A stretch of 64,000 nt of DNA from Planctomycetota bacterium (GTDB taxonomy: Bacteria; Planctomycetota; Phycisphaerae; WQYP01). The notes under the pieces were generated by a model. The model was given only the letters and a program-made list of their open reading frames with translations. It ran no database searches and was not told where the DNA came from. The stretch covers positions 6,294-70,293 of the forward strand of contig JAJYDW010000005.1 in assembly GCA_021790385.1 (NCBI GenBank). Reading direction: 5' to 3'. Of this stretch, positions 10,493 through 20,173 are shown in pieces. Position numbers and translations under genes: made by a program. How positions within the stretch are numbered: the stretch's first letter is position 1; the number at the start of each line of letters is the position of its first letter.

Positions 10493-10933
10493 TTATATTA
10501 TTAATGTGCATTTTCTGCGCAGAGTCGGAAGTGAAAAGCCGGCGTTACCAGGATGGAATCGGCTTATGGGCGGCGGGGCTGAATTCAAGATGATGTTGCT
10601 TACCGTGGCCTGCTGAATAAGTGCCAGAGAATCGGGATGCTGCTCCATGCCGGTGGGCGCAGTGACGCAGAGTTGTCGGGCATTTACCACGGTGCAGGTG
10701 AGAGGCTTTTGGTGTGGAAAGGCGGCAGCCGGACACCCACGGTGCGCCCTGCCGGGCATAGCCGCCATCATCATGGAACTCATCATTTGGCATTGGCAGC
10801 ACGGGCGGACCTCAGAGCCACGCGCAGCCCGGCACACCCCCGTGGTCACGACGGTTGGAAGCGCTGCGCCTAAAACCAAAGCCAGCACCATCAGATGGCG
10901 AATTGGCAAAAGCAATGTTCGGATAACGGGCAT
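10493..10933 (-). CDS. Hypothetical Cys/Met-rich exported protein
   Basis: Hydrophobic N-terminus, CCQCQMMSSMMM run, C-terminal PPP...CTLII; same strand as and directly upstream of cusB. Confidence 0.55.
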   Translation of the reverse strand: MPVIRTLLLPIRHLMVLALVLGAALPTVVTTGVCRAARGSEVRPCCQCQMMSSMMMAAMPGRAHRGCPAAAFPHQKPLTCTVVNARQLCVTAPTGMEQHPDSLALIQQATVSNIILNSAPPPISRFHPGNAGFSLPTLRRKCTLII

Positions 10934-11001
10934 ATTTACTCACACAACCTGGGCATGCAATAGGCTCTATCCACTTTCAGCGGTGCCACGTGCGGTGGGC
11001 C

Positions 11002-11394
11002 TTAATGATGCAACTGATCCCGCAGTTTGACAGCCATCCACATGCCGCCCATTTTCCACCAGATTCTGGTCGGAAAAATCGTATCATTCGCCGGGTCCAT
11101 CTTGCCCTTCACTTTAATAGTTTTCCCCACATACGCGGCCAACGGAGCCGGATTGGTCAAAAGCGTCCACGCCTTGCCTTTCATTAGAATGCCAGCCGGA
11201 ATGCCGCTGGCCAAACACTTTTTGCCGCAGGTTTTGCCATGCGCCCGGCCTTTCATCTGCATAGTGGTGTAACAGGCCATATCCAACAATTCGCCCTTGA
11301 CGGTTACTTGCTTTGCCATGGCTGCATGCGTCGGCAGACCCGCCATCGCCACCAGCATAAGGGTCGTCGCAATTGAAAAGGTTATTTTGTGCAT
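11002..11394 (-). CDS. Hypothetical exported protein with DMACY and CxxxC motifs
   Basis: CAGGAG SD, signal peptide, GELLDMACY...HGKTCGKKC...GIPAG. Confidence 0.7.
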   Translation of the reverse strand: MHKITFSIATTLMLVAMAGLPTHAAMAKQVTVKGELLDMACYTTMQMKGRAHGKTCGKKCLASGIPAGILMKGKAWTLLTNPAPLAAYVGKTIKVKGKMDPANDTIFPTRIWWKMGGMWMAVKLRDQLHH

Positions 11395-11461
11395 ACCTGA
11401 AGCTCCTGATAAAGAAACATCCTTAGCTGCCGGACGTCGGCAAAAGCCCGACTCCATAACT

Positions 11462-11491
11462 TACAACGAAACTGAAAGGACCAAAAGTTCC
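11462..11491 (-). promoter_or_regulatory. Putative ECF-sigma promoter for the metal-efflux transcript
   Basis: Minus strand GGAACTTTT...CGTTGTA (GAAC-N18-CGTT), about 70 nt upstream of ATG 11394. Confidence 0.6.
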
Positions 11492-11612
11492 AAACCTTGT
11501 TTTTTTTGCAGATGCGGCTGGATTGGCCACGCACCAATACATATTTCCCGTGGGTCGCACGATGGTGGGTAAAATGCTTCTGGATGAATTGGTTAGGGGC
11601 TACGGCTGACAT

Positions 11613-12209
11613 TCACGCGGGAGGTTTTTCCAGATGCGGAGCGCTTTCGGCGGATCGATCACCAAGCAAGCAATTTCGCAAAATTGCCCGGCCACGGCTA
11701 AGTCGCGAGCGAATGGTGCCCACCGGAACAGCCAAAATCTCCGCCGCCACTTGATAGTCATAACCACCAATATCGACAAGTAGAATAGCCCAGCGCATGT
11801 CATCGGGCAGTTTCCGTATGCCCTGTATCAGTTGAGCATCGGACAGCCATTCCAACAATTCATCGGGATGCCCCAATTCCTCGGGCGCTGGGGGCACCGC
11901 AGAGATGGCACGGGCGGCAGGCTCTGCGGCCAAAGCCTCCAGGCTTATAACCGGTCCATCGCCGGCGTGCTTCCGCCACCGGTCCGTCCAGGTGTGACGC
12001 AAAATGGTCAATAGCCACGCGGGAATGTTACTTTGGACCTGAAGTGTGGGCAGTGCCCGGCTGGCTTTGATCAGCGTTTCCTGGGTGAGATCTTCGGCGT
12101 CGGCCATATTGGGGGATAACAGCACAGCACTGCGCAGCACCATGGACCGGTGTGGCCACACAAGGCGATAGAAATCAACGCACGTATCTTGCGATTCCGG
12201 AACGGCCAA
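11613..12209 (-). CDS. ECF-type RNA polymerase sigma factor
   Basis: DAEDLTQETLIKA (region 2), AWLLTILRH, GTIRSRLSRGR (region 4). Confidence 0.9.
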   Translation of the reverse strand: MAVPESQDTCVDFYRLVWPHRSMVLRSAVLLSPNMADAEDLTQETLIKASRALPTLQVQSNIPAWLLTILRHTWTDRWRKHAGDGPVISLEALAAEPAARAISAVPPAPEELGHPDELLEWLSDAQLIQGIRKLPDDMRWAILLVDIGGYDYQVAAEILAVPVGTIRSRLSRGRAILRNCLLGDRSAESAPHLEKPPA

Positions 12210-12314
12210 TTCCCTTCAATAACGTCTCCTATTCCAAGGTTATTCTACACCCAACCACCGCGTCTAAACCAGCATGCGCCGGCGGCCTGGGCCGGAACGG
12301 GTTGAGGCGGGCAA

Positions 12315-12968
12315 TCAGTGCTGCAGGCGCGACGCCAGCGCCAGCAATTCTGCGGGCGACCCGCGCCCCATCACACACATCCAATGGCTGTGGCGTAAAG
12401 CCTCCACCATGTTGAGGCGATGGGTTTGCACCACCTGATATTCAACCCCCTGAAAATGCACCTGTTGTCCTTTGGGACCGGCAATATGGCGGCCTGTAAG
12501 CACCACCACCGGGTGAATTCCTGAAGAAAGCAGCGTACATGAAACCTGATGATGTCGAATTTCGGTCATATAACATGAATTCGTTGCGGCCATGGGACAC
12601 GTTTTAAGCCCCGGCAGGCATGTACAGGCCTGGGCCATAGCCGCAGCCGCCGTTGTTCTGTGTAACCAGTCTGCAGCAGCAGACCTGTGGGCCACGGCTG
12701 ACTGGTATAGGTGGGTCAAATCGGCCAGCGAGGCCCGGGCGGGGGTGGGGGAAAAAATGGAAAACAGCACCAACCCCATGGCCAACAAAGCTGCGGCTCC
12801 GACCACCAGGCCCACACCAAAGCGGCGTAAGTTCTTGTGTGGCGGTGGGATGGCCCGCCGGAGCCGCTGGTCCAACGCCCCTGTATCTACAGGCAGCGTG
12901 GCCAGCCGTCGCAACCGGCGTGTCAGGGCGGCGTCAAATGAATTATCCATGGGATCCGTTGCAGGCAT
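12315..12968 (-). CDS. Putative membrane-anchored anti-sigma factor with Cys/His/Met-rich periplasmic domain
   Basis: Short cytoplasmic N-terminus, one TM helix, 6 Cys plus many His/Met; directly upstream of the ECF sigma. Confidence 0.55.
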   Translation of the reverse strand: MPATDPMDNSFDAALTRRLRRLATLPVDTGALDQRLRRAIPPPHKNLRRFGVGLVVGAAALLAMGLVLFSIFSPTPARASLADLTHLYQSAVAHRSAAADWLHRTTAAAAMAQACTCLPGLKTCPMAATNSCYMTEIRHHQVSCTLLSSGIHPVVVLTGRHIAGPKGQQVHFQGVEYQVVQTHRLNMVEALRHSHWMCVMGRGSPAELLALASRLQH

Positions 12969-13039
12969 GGGCAACTCCGTGAGTTGTGAGCTGTGCAACA
13001 AGGCGTACTAATCTACCATTCGCACACCTGCTCACGGTT

Positions 13040-13068
13040 ATAAACGCGGCCGGTGGCAAAAAAGTTCA
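13040..13068 (-). promoter_or_regulatory. Putative ECF-sigma promoter for the anti-sigma/sigma pair
   Basis: Minus strand TGAACTTTT...CGTTTATA (GAAC-N17-CGTT), matching the motif at 11462-11491. Confidence 0.6.
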
Positions 13069-13221
13069 ACCCTACTGGTAAAACGTGCGCCAACGGACCG
13101 CTCAAAAATGAATTCATTCTTTACACGGCGATTGCGATCGCCAGCGCAAGGCACAACGGGCGAACAAATACCGCTCGTGGTGCTGTAATGTGCGAAGGAT
13201 GAAGCCCGCGAAAGTATGAAG

Positions 13222-14304
13222 TTATGGTTTCCGCCCTTTGCGCGGCAGCAGCAGCAGACCGGCCATGGCCATGCCGAAAAGTGCCAGCGTGCTGGCTTCG
13301 GGAACCGGCACGTCATAACCGATGGCCTGCAGAGCAATGCCTTCCGGCGAAGTAAGGCTGACGCTGACTGCGCCTTGCGATGAGCTGGTGAACGCGTTCT
13401 GCACGTAGTTGTTGGTGCTGCTGAATGTGCCAATGCTGGAGGCCCAGTCTCCAAAGTCCCCCATGTTATTCGGCTGGTTGGGATTTTGATTGAACCCTAC
13501 AATATTGGTGGTTCCGCCATTAATTGAAAAATAACTGGTGGCCGTCCCGCTGGTGGTATAACTGGGCACGCCAGCGGAAGCGTAACGGAAGAGGTCCATG
13601 GGTCCGTAATAAGTGTTGGCATTGCTACCGCCAGCGTAGTTCACGTTTAGTTGCGAGCCTGTTCCACCAATACCCAAAACCTCATCAACTTCGTGTTGAA
13701 TAACCCTGCCCGGACTGTAGCCCCCAGAGGGATTGTTCCAACCGCTGAGCAAAGTTTTATTCAGCGTGATGACACCGTCATAAACGTAACCGGCACCGGA
13801 ACCGGAATTGCCGCTGGAGTTGAGAGTACCGGGGGCGATGTACCCCAAGGCCCTGAGATCAGCGCTGCTGGCAGCAATGCTTCTTGCCCCATTGCTGTCG
13901 TTGCCGAAGGATAGGTTGGCCACAGAGGTTGCCTGTACCGCGTTCGTGGGGTGGGCGGTTGCGTTGTTTGAAAGCCCGGTGGTGTATTGTGCATACGTGG
14001 GCGCATAGATGGCCGTAGTGCTTGCGCCCAGCCCACTAGTTGAGGTCTTAAAATAGATATTGACAGTTATGGGATTAGTAAAGGTATTGTCGTAGAAACT
14101 CAATGCATTGTTAATATCGCCTTCGATTGTGCTGGCGTAGGAACTGCTGCTGATGGTGGTATCAAACGTCGGCATAATGGTTAAATTCGCCTGCGCCATA
14201 CTGGCCGTGCCAAAGGCCATTGCCATTGCTGGCACCGCCAGGCACAGCCCACTTGGCTTCCGTAAACCCATCATAAAACCTTGGATTGATTTCCTGCCAA
14301 CCAT
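13222..14304 (-). CDS. PEP-CTERM-anchored putative metalloprotease (NF038122-like)
   Basis: Signal peptide, RALGY, QHEVDEVLG zincin-like motif, MDLFRY, C-terminal VPEAST-TM-RKGRKP; CAGGAG SD. Confidence 0.75.
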   Translation of the reverse strand: MVGRKSIQGFMMGLRKPSGLCLAVPAMAMAFGTASMAQANLTIMPTFDTTISSSSYASTIEGDINNALSFYDNTFTNPITVNIYFKTSTSGLGASTTAIYAPTYAQYTTGLSNNATAHPTNAVQATSVANLSFGNDSNGARSIAASSADLRALGYIAPGTLNSSGNSGSGAGYVYDGVITLNKTLLSGWNNPSGGYSPGRVIQHEVDEVLGIGGTGSQLNVNYAGGSNANTYYGPMDLFRYASAGVPSYTTSGTATSYFSINGGTTNIVGFNQNPNQPNNMGDFGDWASSIGTFSSTNNYVQNAFTSSSQGAVSVSLTSPEGIALQAIGYDVPVPEASTLALFGMAMAGLLLLPRKGRKP

Positions 14305-14562
14305 AACCACACTCCTGTTTTTTGGTGCCTCTTGCTCCCCCGAAGCCATAACCACACTTCGGAACAAAGAGCCAAGCACCTGTATGGAATGCAATATAGT
14401 CGACGTCAAAGCTAAAGGCAAGAAAATAATTTAATTTTCCGTCAATAAAAATTTAGAAGTTGAATCGACGAACGGTCGCAGATGTATCAGCATCAAATAT
14501 CTGCAGGCGTGCGTTGGTTGCCCCCACCATAAAAACGCATACGCGAATTATAGTGGCCAATT

Positions 14563-17256
14563 TCAGGATCCGCCTTGGCCGGCGAGGGCCGCCAATTCCG
14601 ATTCCTGCTGGGCAAGCTGCGTTTTCAGCCCCTCCACCACTTTGGCCGGGGCTTTACTTACGAAAGCTTCATTGGCCAGCTTGGCCCGGTTGCCGGCAAT
14701 AAAACGCTCCAGTTCTGCACGACGCTTCGCCAGTCGCTGCAATTCTACCTGCGGATCAATTACCCCGGCCACGAATATCTGCACATTGGGCACTATGGCA
14801 ACTGCGGCATCGGCGGGCTTGGGCGCATCTGTGGCGATGGTCAACTGGCTTGCGGCGAGATGCTCCATGATTCCCCGGCCGTTCTCCAATAGCAATTGAA
14901 TTTCCGCAGTGGCCGGTTGCAGCGATACCGCCAGAATCTTTTTGGAATCCACATTGTATTGGTTGCGGATGTCGCGAATTTTGCGGGTTATTTCCTGCAC
15001 CAGGGCCAACTCCGCCTCCGCCTGCGGCGCAGCCAATTGCGGTATTACCCTGGGGAACGGCGCTGTAATCACCGGCCCTTTGCGTCCAGGCAATTTTTCC
15101 CAAATTGCTTCGGAAATAAACGGCATCAGCGGGTGCAGCAACCGCAGGCTGGTGTCCAGGCAATACAACAAAATGGCCTGCACGGTGCGATCTTGTTGGC
15201 GCAGGCGGTTTTTGGCAATTTCCAGATACCAGTCGCAAAGGTCATTCCACAAAAATTCGTACAGGGCCGCCGCCAGCGGAGCAAAGCGAAAATGGTTGAT
15301 GGATTCTTCCACCACGCCAACGGTGTAATTAAGCCGGGCGAGTATCCAGCGGTCCGCAATGTTCATGTTGGCCGTCATGGCGGTTAATACCGCGGTGGCA
15401 GGGACCGCCGCACCGGCGGTGTTGGATAAAATAAACCGTGCCGCATTCCAGATTTTATTGGCGAAATTACGGCCGGCATCAAAACGCGGGCTGGTGTTAC
15501 GGCCGGTGGTTTTATCTTTTACCACGGGCAGACGAATATCCTGCGTATCGGTAAGCATGGAAGCCAAGGTGTAGCGCAACGCATCGGCCCCGTGGCTATC
15601 CACAATATCCACCGGGTCTACGCCGTTGCCAAGGGACTTTTTCATCGGTCGCCCCTGGCCATCCTGAATAACGGCATGAATGTAAACCTGTTTGAACGGT
15701 ACTTCGCCATGCAAATACAGGCCGAACATGACCATTCGGGCCACCCACAATGACAATATTTCGCGTGCGGTGGAAAGCACGCTGGTGGGGTAAAAATAGG
15801 GCAAAAGCTGATCTTCAGGCTTATCGCTGGTGCCCGCAGCCGGATAACCCATGGTGGATAGCGGCCAAAGCGCCGAGGAAAACCAGGTGTCGAGCACGTC
15901 GGGGTCGCCCTCCAGCGGTATCGGGTGGCCCCACCACAACTGCCGGCTGATGCACCAGTCGCGCTTTTGGCTTAGCCAGTCGATATAACCTTTGGCATAC
16001 CGTTCCGGCGTAATTGTTACCCGTCCCGATTGCACCGCATCAATGGCGGCCTGGGCCAGGCCGCTGACTTTGCGGCCATCAGCCAAGGTTATGCCGCCTT
16101 CCACATCACCCATTTTTACAAACCATTGCTCGCTTAAATATGGTTCAATGGGCGTTTTGCTGCGGTCGCTGTGGCCCACTTCATGTTCGTGGGGCTTTTG
16201 CTCGGCAATCAGGCCCAGCCCGGCCAGGTCTTCCAGCACTTTCTGCCGGGCGGCGGTGGCAAATTTCAAACCCGTGTAATCGTATGTTTTTCCGCCAAAA
16301 GTGCCCCGGCCATGGTTATTGACTTTGCCATCCGGCGTGAGCAGATTTATTTGCTCCAGCGTGTGCCGCTGGCCGGTGGCGTAATCATTGGGATCATGCG
16401 CGGGAGTTACCTTTACCACGCCGGTGCCGAATTTGGGATCCACCAGCAAGCCATCGGCAATAATGGGAATTTCCCGGCCCACCAGCGGCACCTGCACGCG
16501 CCGGCCAATAAGATTTTTGTACCGCATATCTTCCGGATGCACCGCCACGGCGGTATCGCCCAGCATGGTTTCGGGGCGTGTGGTGGCCACAACTAAATAA
16601 TCCGGTTCGCCATTGTGCCGCCCCACCAGCGGATAGCGGATACTGGTCAACTGCCCCTGCACCGGTTCATAATAAATTTCATCATCGGCGACGGCGGTTT
16701 GCAGTTGGGTGTCCCAGTTCACCAGGCGCAATCCGCGGAAGATCAGTCCATCCTTAAAAAGCTTGAAAAAAGCCGCATGAACAGCCTTGGCGCATTGGTC
16801 ATCCAGGGTAAAGCGGGTACGGTCCCAATCGCAGGAGCAGCCGATCAGTTTAAGCTGGGAAATAATGCGGGTCTGGTATTCATCCTTCCATTGCCAGATT
16901 CTTTTAACCAGGCCATCTTTGCCCAAGTCGTGGCGGGAAAGTTTTTCCTCTTCAAAAATGCGCTTTTCCACCACCGCCTGGGTGGCAATACCGGCATGAT
17001 CTGTGCCGGGCATCCACAGGGTGTTGTCTCCCTTCATCCGGTGGTAGCGGATTAAAATATCCTGAATGGTGCCGTTGATCGCATGACCCAGGTGCAAGGC
17101 CCCGGTCACATTGGGAGGCGGAATCACAATGCTGAAGCGCTGTTCGGGCGGGCGATTATCCGGTGCGGCATGAAAGGCACGTGCTTCCAGCCAGCGGGAA
17201 TAAATCCGCGTTTCCACGGCCTGGGGATCATATTGTGGGGCCAATTCGCTGCTCAT
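14563..17256 (-). CDS. valS: Valine--tRNA ligase
   Basis: PPPNVTGALHLGH, GTDHAGIATQ, ATTRPET, DWCISRQLWWGH, DVLDTWFSS, C-terminal coiled coil. Confidence 0.97.
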   Translation of the reverse strand: MSSELAPQYDPQAVETRIYSRWLEARAFHAAPDNRPPEQRFSIVIPPPNVTGALHLGHAINGTIQDILIRYHRMKGDNTLWMPGTDHAGIATQAVVEKRIFEEEKLSRHDLGKDGLVKRIWQWKDEYQTRIISQLKLIGCSCDWDRTRFTLDDQCAKAVHAAFFKLFKDGLIFRGLRLVNWDTQLQTAVADDEIYYEPVQGQLTSIRYPLVGRHNGEPDYLVVATTRPETMLGDTAVAVHPEDMRYKNLIGRRVQVPLVGREIPIIADGLLVDPKFGTGVVKVTPAHDPNDYATGQRHTLEQINLLTPDGKVNNHGRGTFGGKTYDYTGLKFATAARQKVLEDLAGLGLIAEQKPHEHEVGHSDRSKTPIEPYLSEQWFVKMGDVEGGITLADGRKVSGLAQAAIDAVQSGRVTITPERYAKGYIDWLSQKRDWCISRQLWWGHPIPLEGDPDVLDTWFSSALWPLSTMGYPAAGTSDKPEDQLLPYFYPTSVLSTAREILSLWVARMVMFGLYLHGEVPFKQVYIHAVIQDGQGRPMKKSLGNGVDPVDIVDSHGADALRYTLASMLTDTQDIRLPVVKDKTTGRNTSPRFDAGRNFANKIWNAARFILSNTAGAAVPATAVLTAMTANMNIADRWILARLNYTVGVVEESINHFRFAPLAAALYEFLWNDLCDWYLEIAKNRLRQQDRTVQAILLYCLDTSLRLLHPLMPFISEAIWEKLPGRKGPVITAPFPRVIPQLAAPQAEAELALVQEITRKIRDIRNQYNVDSKKILAVSLQPATAEIQLLLENGRGIMEHLAASQLTIATDAPKPADAAVAIVPNVQIFVAGVIDPQVELQRLAKRRAELERFIAGNRAKLANEAFVSKAPAKVVEGLKTQLAQQESELAALAGQGGS

Positions 17257-18842
17257 GCCGGTCGTGTTTCCTTTTCCGCTTCTTCCGCTTCATGGATCAA
17301 CCGGTATTCAATGCCGTCCACAAGAGCCTGCCAACTGGCTTCAATCACATTTTCGGAAACGCCCACGGTACCAAATACGCCTTCCGGCGAACGGAATTCA
17401 ATAACCACACGTACTTTGGCGGCAGTCTCGGCGGATGAATTCACCACCCGCACCTTGTAATCCAGCAAGTGCAACTTGGCGATGCCGGGATAGTGCGGCA
17501 GCACCGCAGCCCGCAGGGCCGCATCCAGGGCGTTCACCGGGCCGTCGCCCGTGGCCGATTCGCTGACCGAGTTGTTGCCGATGCGCATTTTCAACGTGGC
17601 TACGGTGGATACCGGGCCGTCACCGCTGCGGGATATGGCGCAGTGGTAGCTTTCCAGATCGAAAAATTTGCGATACCGGCCAATCTGTTTACGCAGCACC
17701 AGTTCAAACGAACCTTCCGCAGCTTCAAACTGATAGCCCGCGGCTTCACGTGCGGTAATCTGATCCAGCACTTTTTTAAGGGCCACGCGGTCATTTTCAA
17801 TTTGAAATTTTCGTCCGGCTTTGGCGGCGATATTGGAAATACCGGACAGCTCCGATACCAGAATGCGCCGCGAATTACCCACCGCCTCCGGCGGAATATG
17901 CTCATACGAACGCGAAAGCTTGTTCACCGCATGAACGTGCATTCCACCCTTGTGGGCAAAGGCGCTGGCTCCTACAAACGGCTGATTGTTGAGGTAATTA
18001 AGATTAGCAATTTCATATACAAACCGCGACACTTCCGTTAAATGATGCAGGGATTCGGGCAGCAGGCAATCCATTTCCATCTTCAGCCGGAGGTTGGCAA
18101 TCACCGTGGTGATATCCACGTTGCCGCAGCGCTCACCCAGGCCATTGATGGTACCCTGCACGTGTACCGCTCCGGCCCGTACCGCCACCAGCGAATTGGC
18201 CACCGCCAGGCCACTGTCGTTATGGGTGTGAATGCCCACCGGAACGGAAACACTTTCCGCGGCTTTTTTTACAAATTCCGCCACCCGCAGCGGCAGCGAG
18301 CCGCCATTGGTATCACACAGGCATACCAGCACCGCGCCAGCCTGGGCTGCGGCCACCAGCGTTTTCAGGCCATATTCCGGATTGGCCGCGGTGCCATCAA
18401 AAAAATGCTCGGCATCGTAGATCACCTTGCGACCCAGCCGGGTCAGGTAAGCCACGCTTTCGCCGATCATATCGAGATTTTCCTGCAATGTAACGCCCAA
18501 CACCTCGGTGGCGTGAAGATCCCAGGTTTTGCCGACCACGGTAACATATTCGGTTTCGGCATCGCGCAGGGCGTTTAAACCGGTATCCTCCTGGGGTTTT
18601 ATTCCCTTGCGGCGGGTCATGCCAAAAGCCACCAACCGCGAGGTTTTCAGACCCAGCGTACGCGCCTCGCGGAAGAAAGCCTCATCCTTGGGATTGGAAA
18701 GCGGATAGCCGCCTTCGATAAAGTCCACCCCAAGTTCATCGAGCCTGCGGGCAATCAGCAGTTTGTCCTGCACCGAAAAAGAGATTCCCTCCCCCTGGCT
18801 GCCATCGCGCAATGTAGTGTCATATATTTCGATGCGTTTCAT
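17253..18842 (-). CDS. cimA: Citramalate synthase
   Basis: YDTTLRDGSQGEG, GKTWDLH, YDAEHFFDG, HKGGMH, LeuA-type allosteric domain; GGAGG SD. Confidence 0.9.
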   Translation of the reverse strand: MKRIEIYDTTLRDGSQGEGISFSVQDKLLIARRLDELGVDFIEGGYPLSNPKDEAFFREARTLGLKTSRLVAFGMTRRKGIKPQEDTGLNALRDAETEYVTVVGKTWDLHATEVLGVTLQENLDMIGESVAYLTRLGRKVIYDAEHFFDGTAANPEYGLKTLVAAAQAGAVLVCLCDTNGGSLPLRVAEFVKKAAESVSVPVGIHTHNDSGLAVANSLVAVRAGAVHVQGTINGLGERCGNVDITTVIANLRLKMEMDCLLPESLHHLTEVSRFVYEIANLNYLNNQPFVGASAFAHKGGMHVHAVNKLSRSYEHIPPEAVGNSRRILVSELSGISNIAAKAGRKFQIENDRVALKKVLDQITAREAAGYQFEAAEGSFELVLRKQIGRYRKFFDLESYHCAISRSGDGPVSTVATLKMRIGNNSVSESATGDGPVNALDAALRAAVLPHYPGIAKLHLLDYKVRVVNSSAETAAKVRVVIEFRSPEGVFGTVGVSENVIEASWQALVDGIEYRLIHEAEEAEKETRPA

Positions 18843-19004
18843 AAATAACCTCCGGCCACCGGTTGAGGTGCCAACCTCTATTGTGGCGGCATCCGGACGG
18901 AATATCAATGATCACCCCCACCGGCACCAACGGCCAACAACGCAATTGAATCTCGGATCACATGGTCTCCCTTCAGCGAATGAAGAAATTAGAAGACCGC
19001 CCGG

Positions 19005-20090
19005 TTACGCTCGTTGTAAATTGAGATTGCCCAACTGGCCGCAGGCACCCATTAAATCCCGGCCATGGGTTACACGGCGTTTGGCAAAAATGCCCAGATT
19101 TCGCAGTTGGCCGACAAAAGCGATCAATTTATCTTCGCCAGGTGTTGCAAATTCCGCCGGTTGCTGCGGGTTGTAAGCAATCACATTGACCGTTACCGGC
19201 AACGGCCGGCACCATTGGGCAATGTTCAGTGCGTCCTGCGGCCGGTCGTTGATATCTTTAATCAGCACGTATTCTATTAGAAAGCGCCCCCGCCGCGGCA
19301 GCGGATATTCCAGCAGCGTCTGGCGAAGCTCGGCCAGCGGCATGGCCTTGTTGACGGGCATCAACCGGCTCCGCAGATCATCATCGGCGGCATTGAGAGA
19401 AATGGCCAGACGCAGATGCGGCCAGTTCAGGGTCGCCAACTTTTTCAGGCCGTCAATTCGCCCCACCGTAGAAACGGTAATGCGCGACATGGGAATATTT
19501 AGCCCGGAGGTATCGGTGAACACCCGAATCGCCTGCACTACAGCGTCAAAATTATCCAGCGGCTCGCCCATGCCCATAAACACCAGATTACGAATGGCCG
19601 TGTCGCACGTATTCAGCGGACGCACAGGCAATTCGGCCCCCGCCAGCCGATGCAAAATGCCCCGGGCCACCAGCAACTGCACCACAATTTCCGCCGCGGA
19701 AAGGTTGCGCAGCAGGCCCATGCGCCCCGTCTGGCAGAAAGTGCAACCCATCCGACAACCAACCTGGCTGGAAAGACATAAGGTATACCAGCGATGCCCA
19801 TGAAAGCTTTGCATCGGCACAATCACCGATTCCGTTTCCAGTGCAGCCGCCCCGGACCGCCCGTCCTGCAGACAAAACTTAATGCCTCCGGCGCTTTGCT
19901 CCACCCGCGTTACCGCCGCCATGTGCGCCAACGATGTTTGCCGTAAAAAATCACAGTAGATGCCGCGTGCGGATTCCCTCGCCATTCCTCCAGCAGCCGC
20001 AAATTCAGCCAGTGTCTGCCCGCAACCAACCGGTACAATTCCAGTATTGCCAGGCAGTAAAGAATCAAGCGTGGACATTTCCAAAAGCAA
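19005..20090 (-). CDS. rlmN: RlmN/Cfr-family radical SAM RNA methyltransferase
   Basis: CLSSQVGCRMGCTFC, FMGMGEP, C-terminal ACGQL. Confidence 0.8.
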   Translation of the reverse strand: MLLEMSTLDSLLPGNTGIVPVGCGQTLAEFAAAGGMARESARGIYCDFLRQTSLAHMAAVTRVEQSAGGIKFCLQDGRSGAAALETESVIVPMQSFHGHRWYTLCLSSQVGCRMGCTFCQTGRMGLLRNLSAAEIVVQLLVARGILHRLAGAELPVRPLNTCDTAIRNLVFMGMGEPLDNFDAVVQAIRVFTDTSGLNIPMSRITVSTVGRIDGLKKLATLNWPHLRLAISLNAADDDLRSRLMPVNKAMPLAELRQTLLEYPLPRRGRFLIEYVLIKDINDRPQDALNIAQWCRPLPVTVNVIAYNPQQPAEFATPGEDKLIAFVGQLRNLGIFAKRRVTHGRDLMGACGQLGNLNLQRA

Positions 20091-20173
20091 TCTCCGGGGC
20101 GGTTTTTAGCAGCCGCTGGTTCATCGGCAGCAGCAACAGCAACAGTATAACACGCTGGGCTGGCAAGGCGGAT

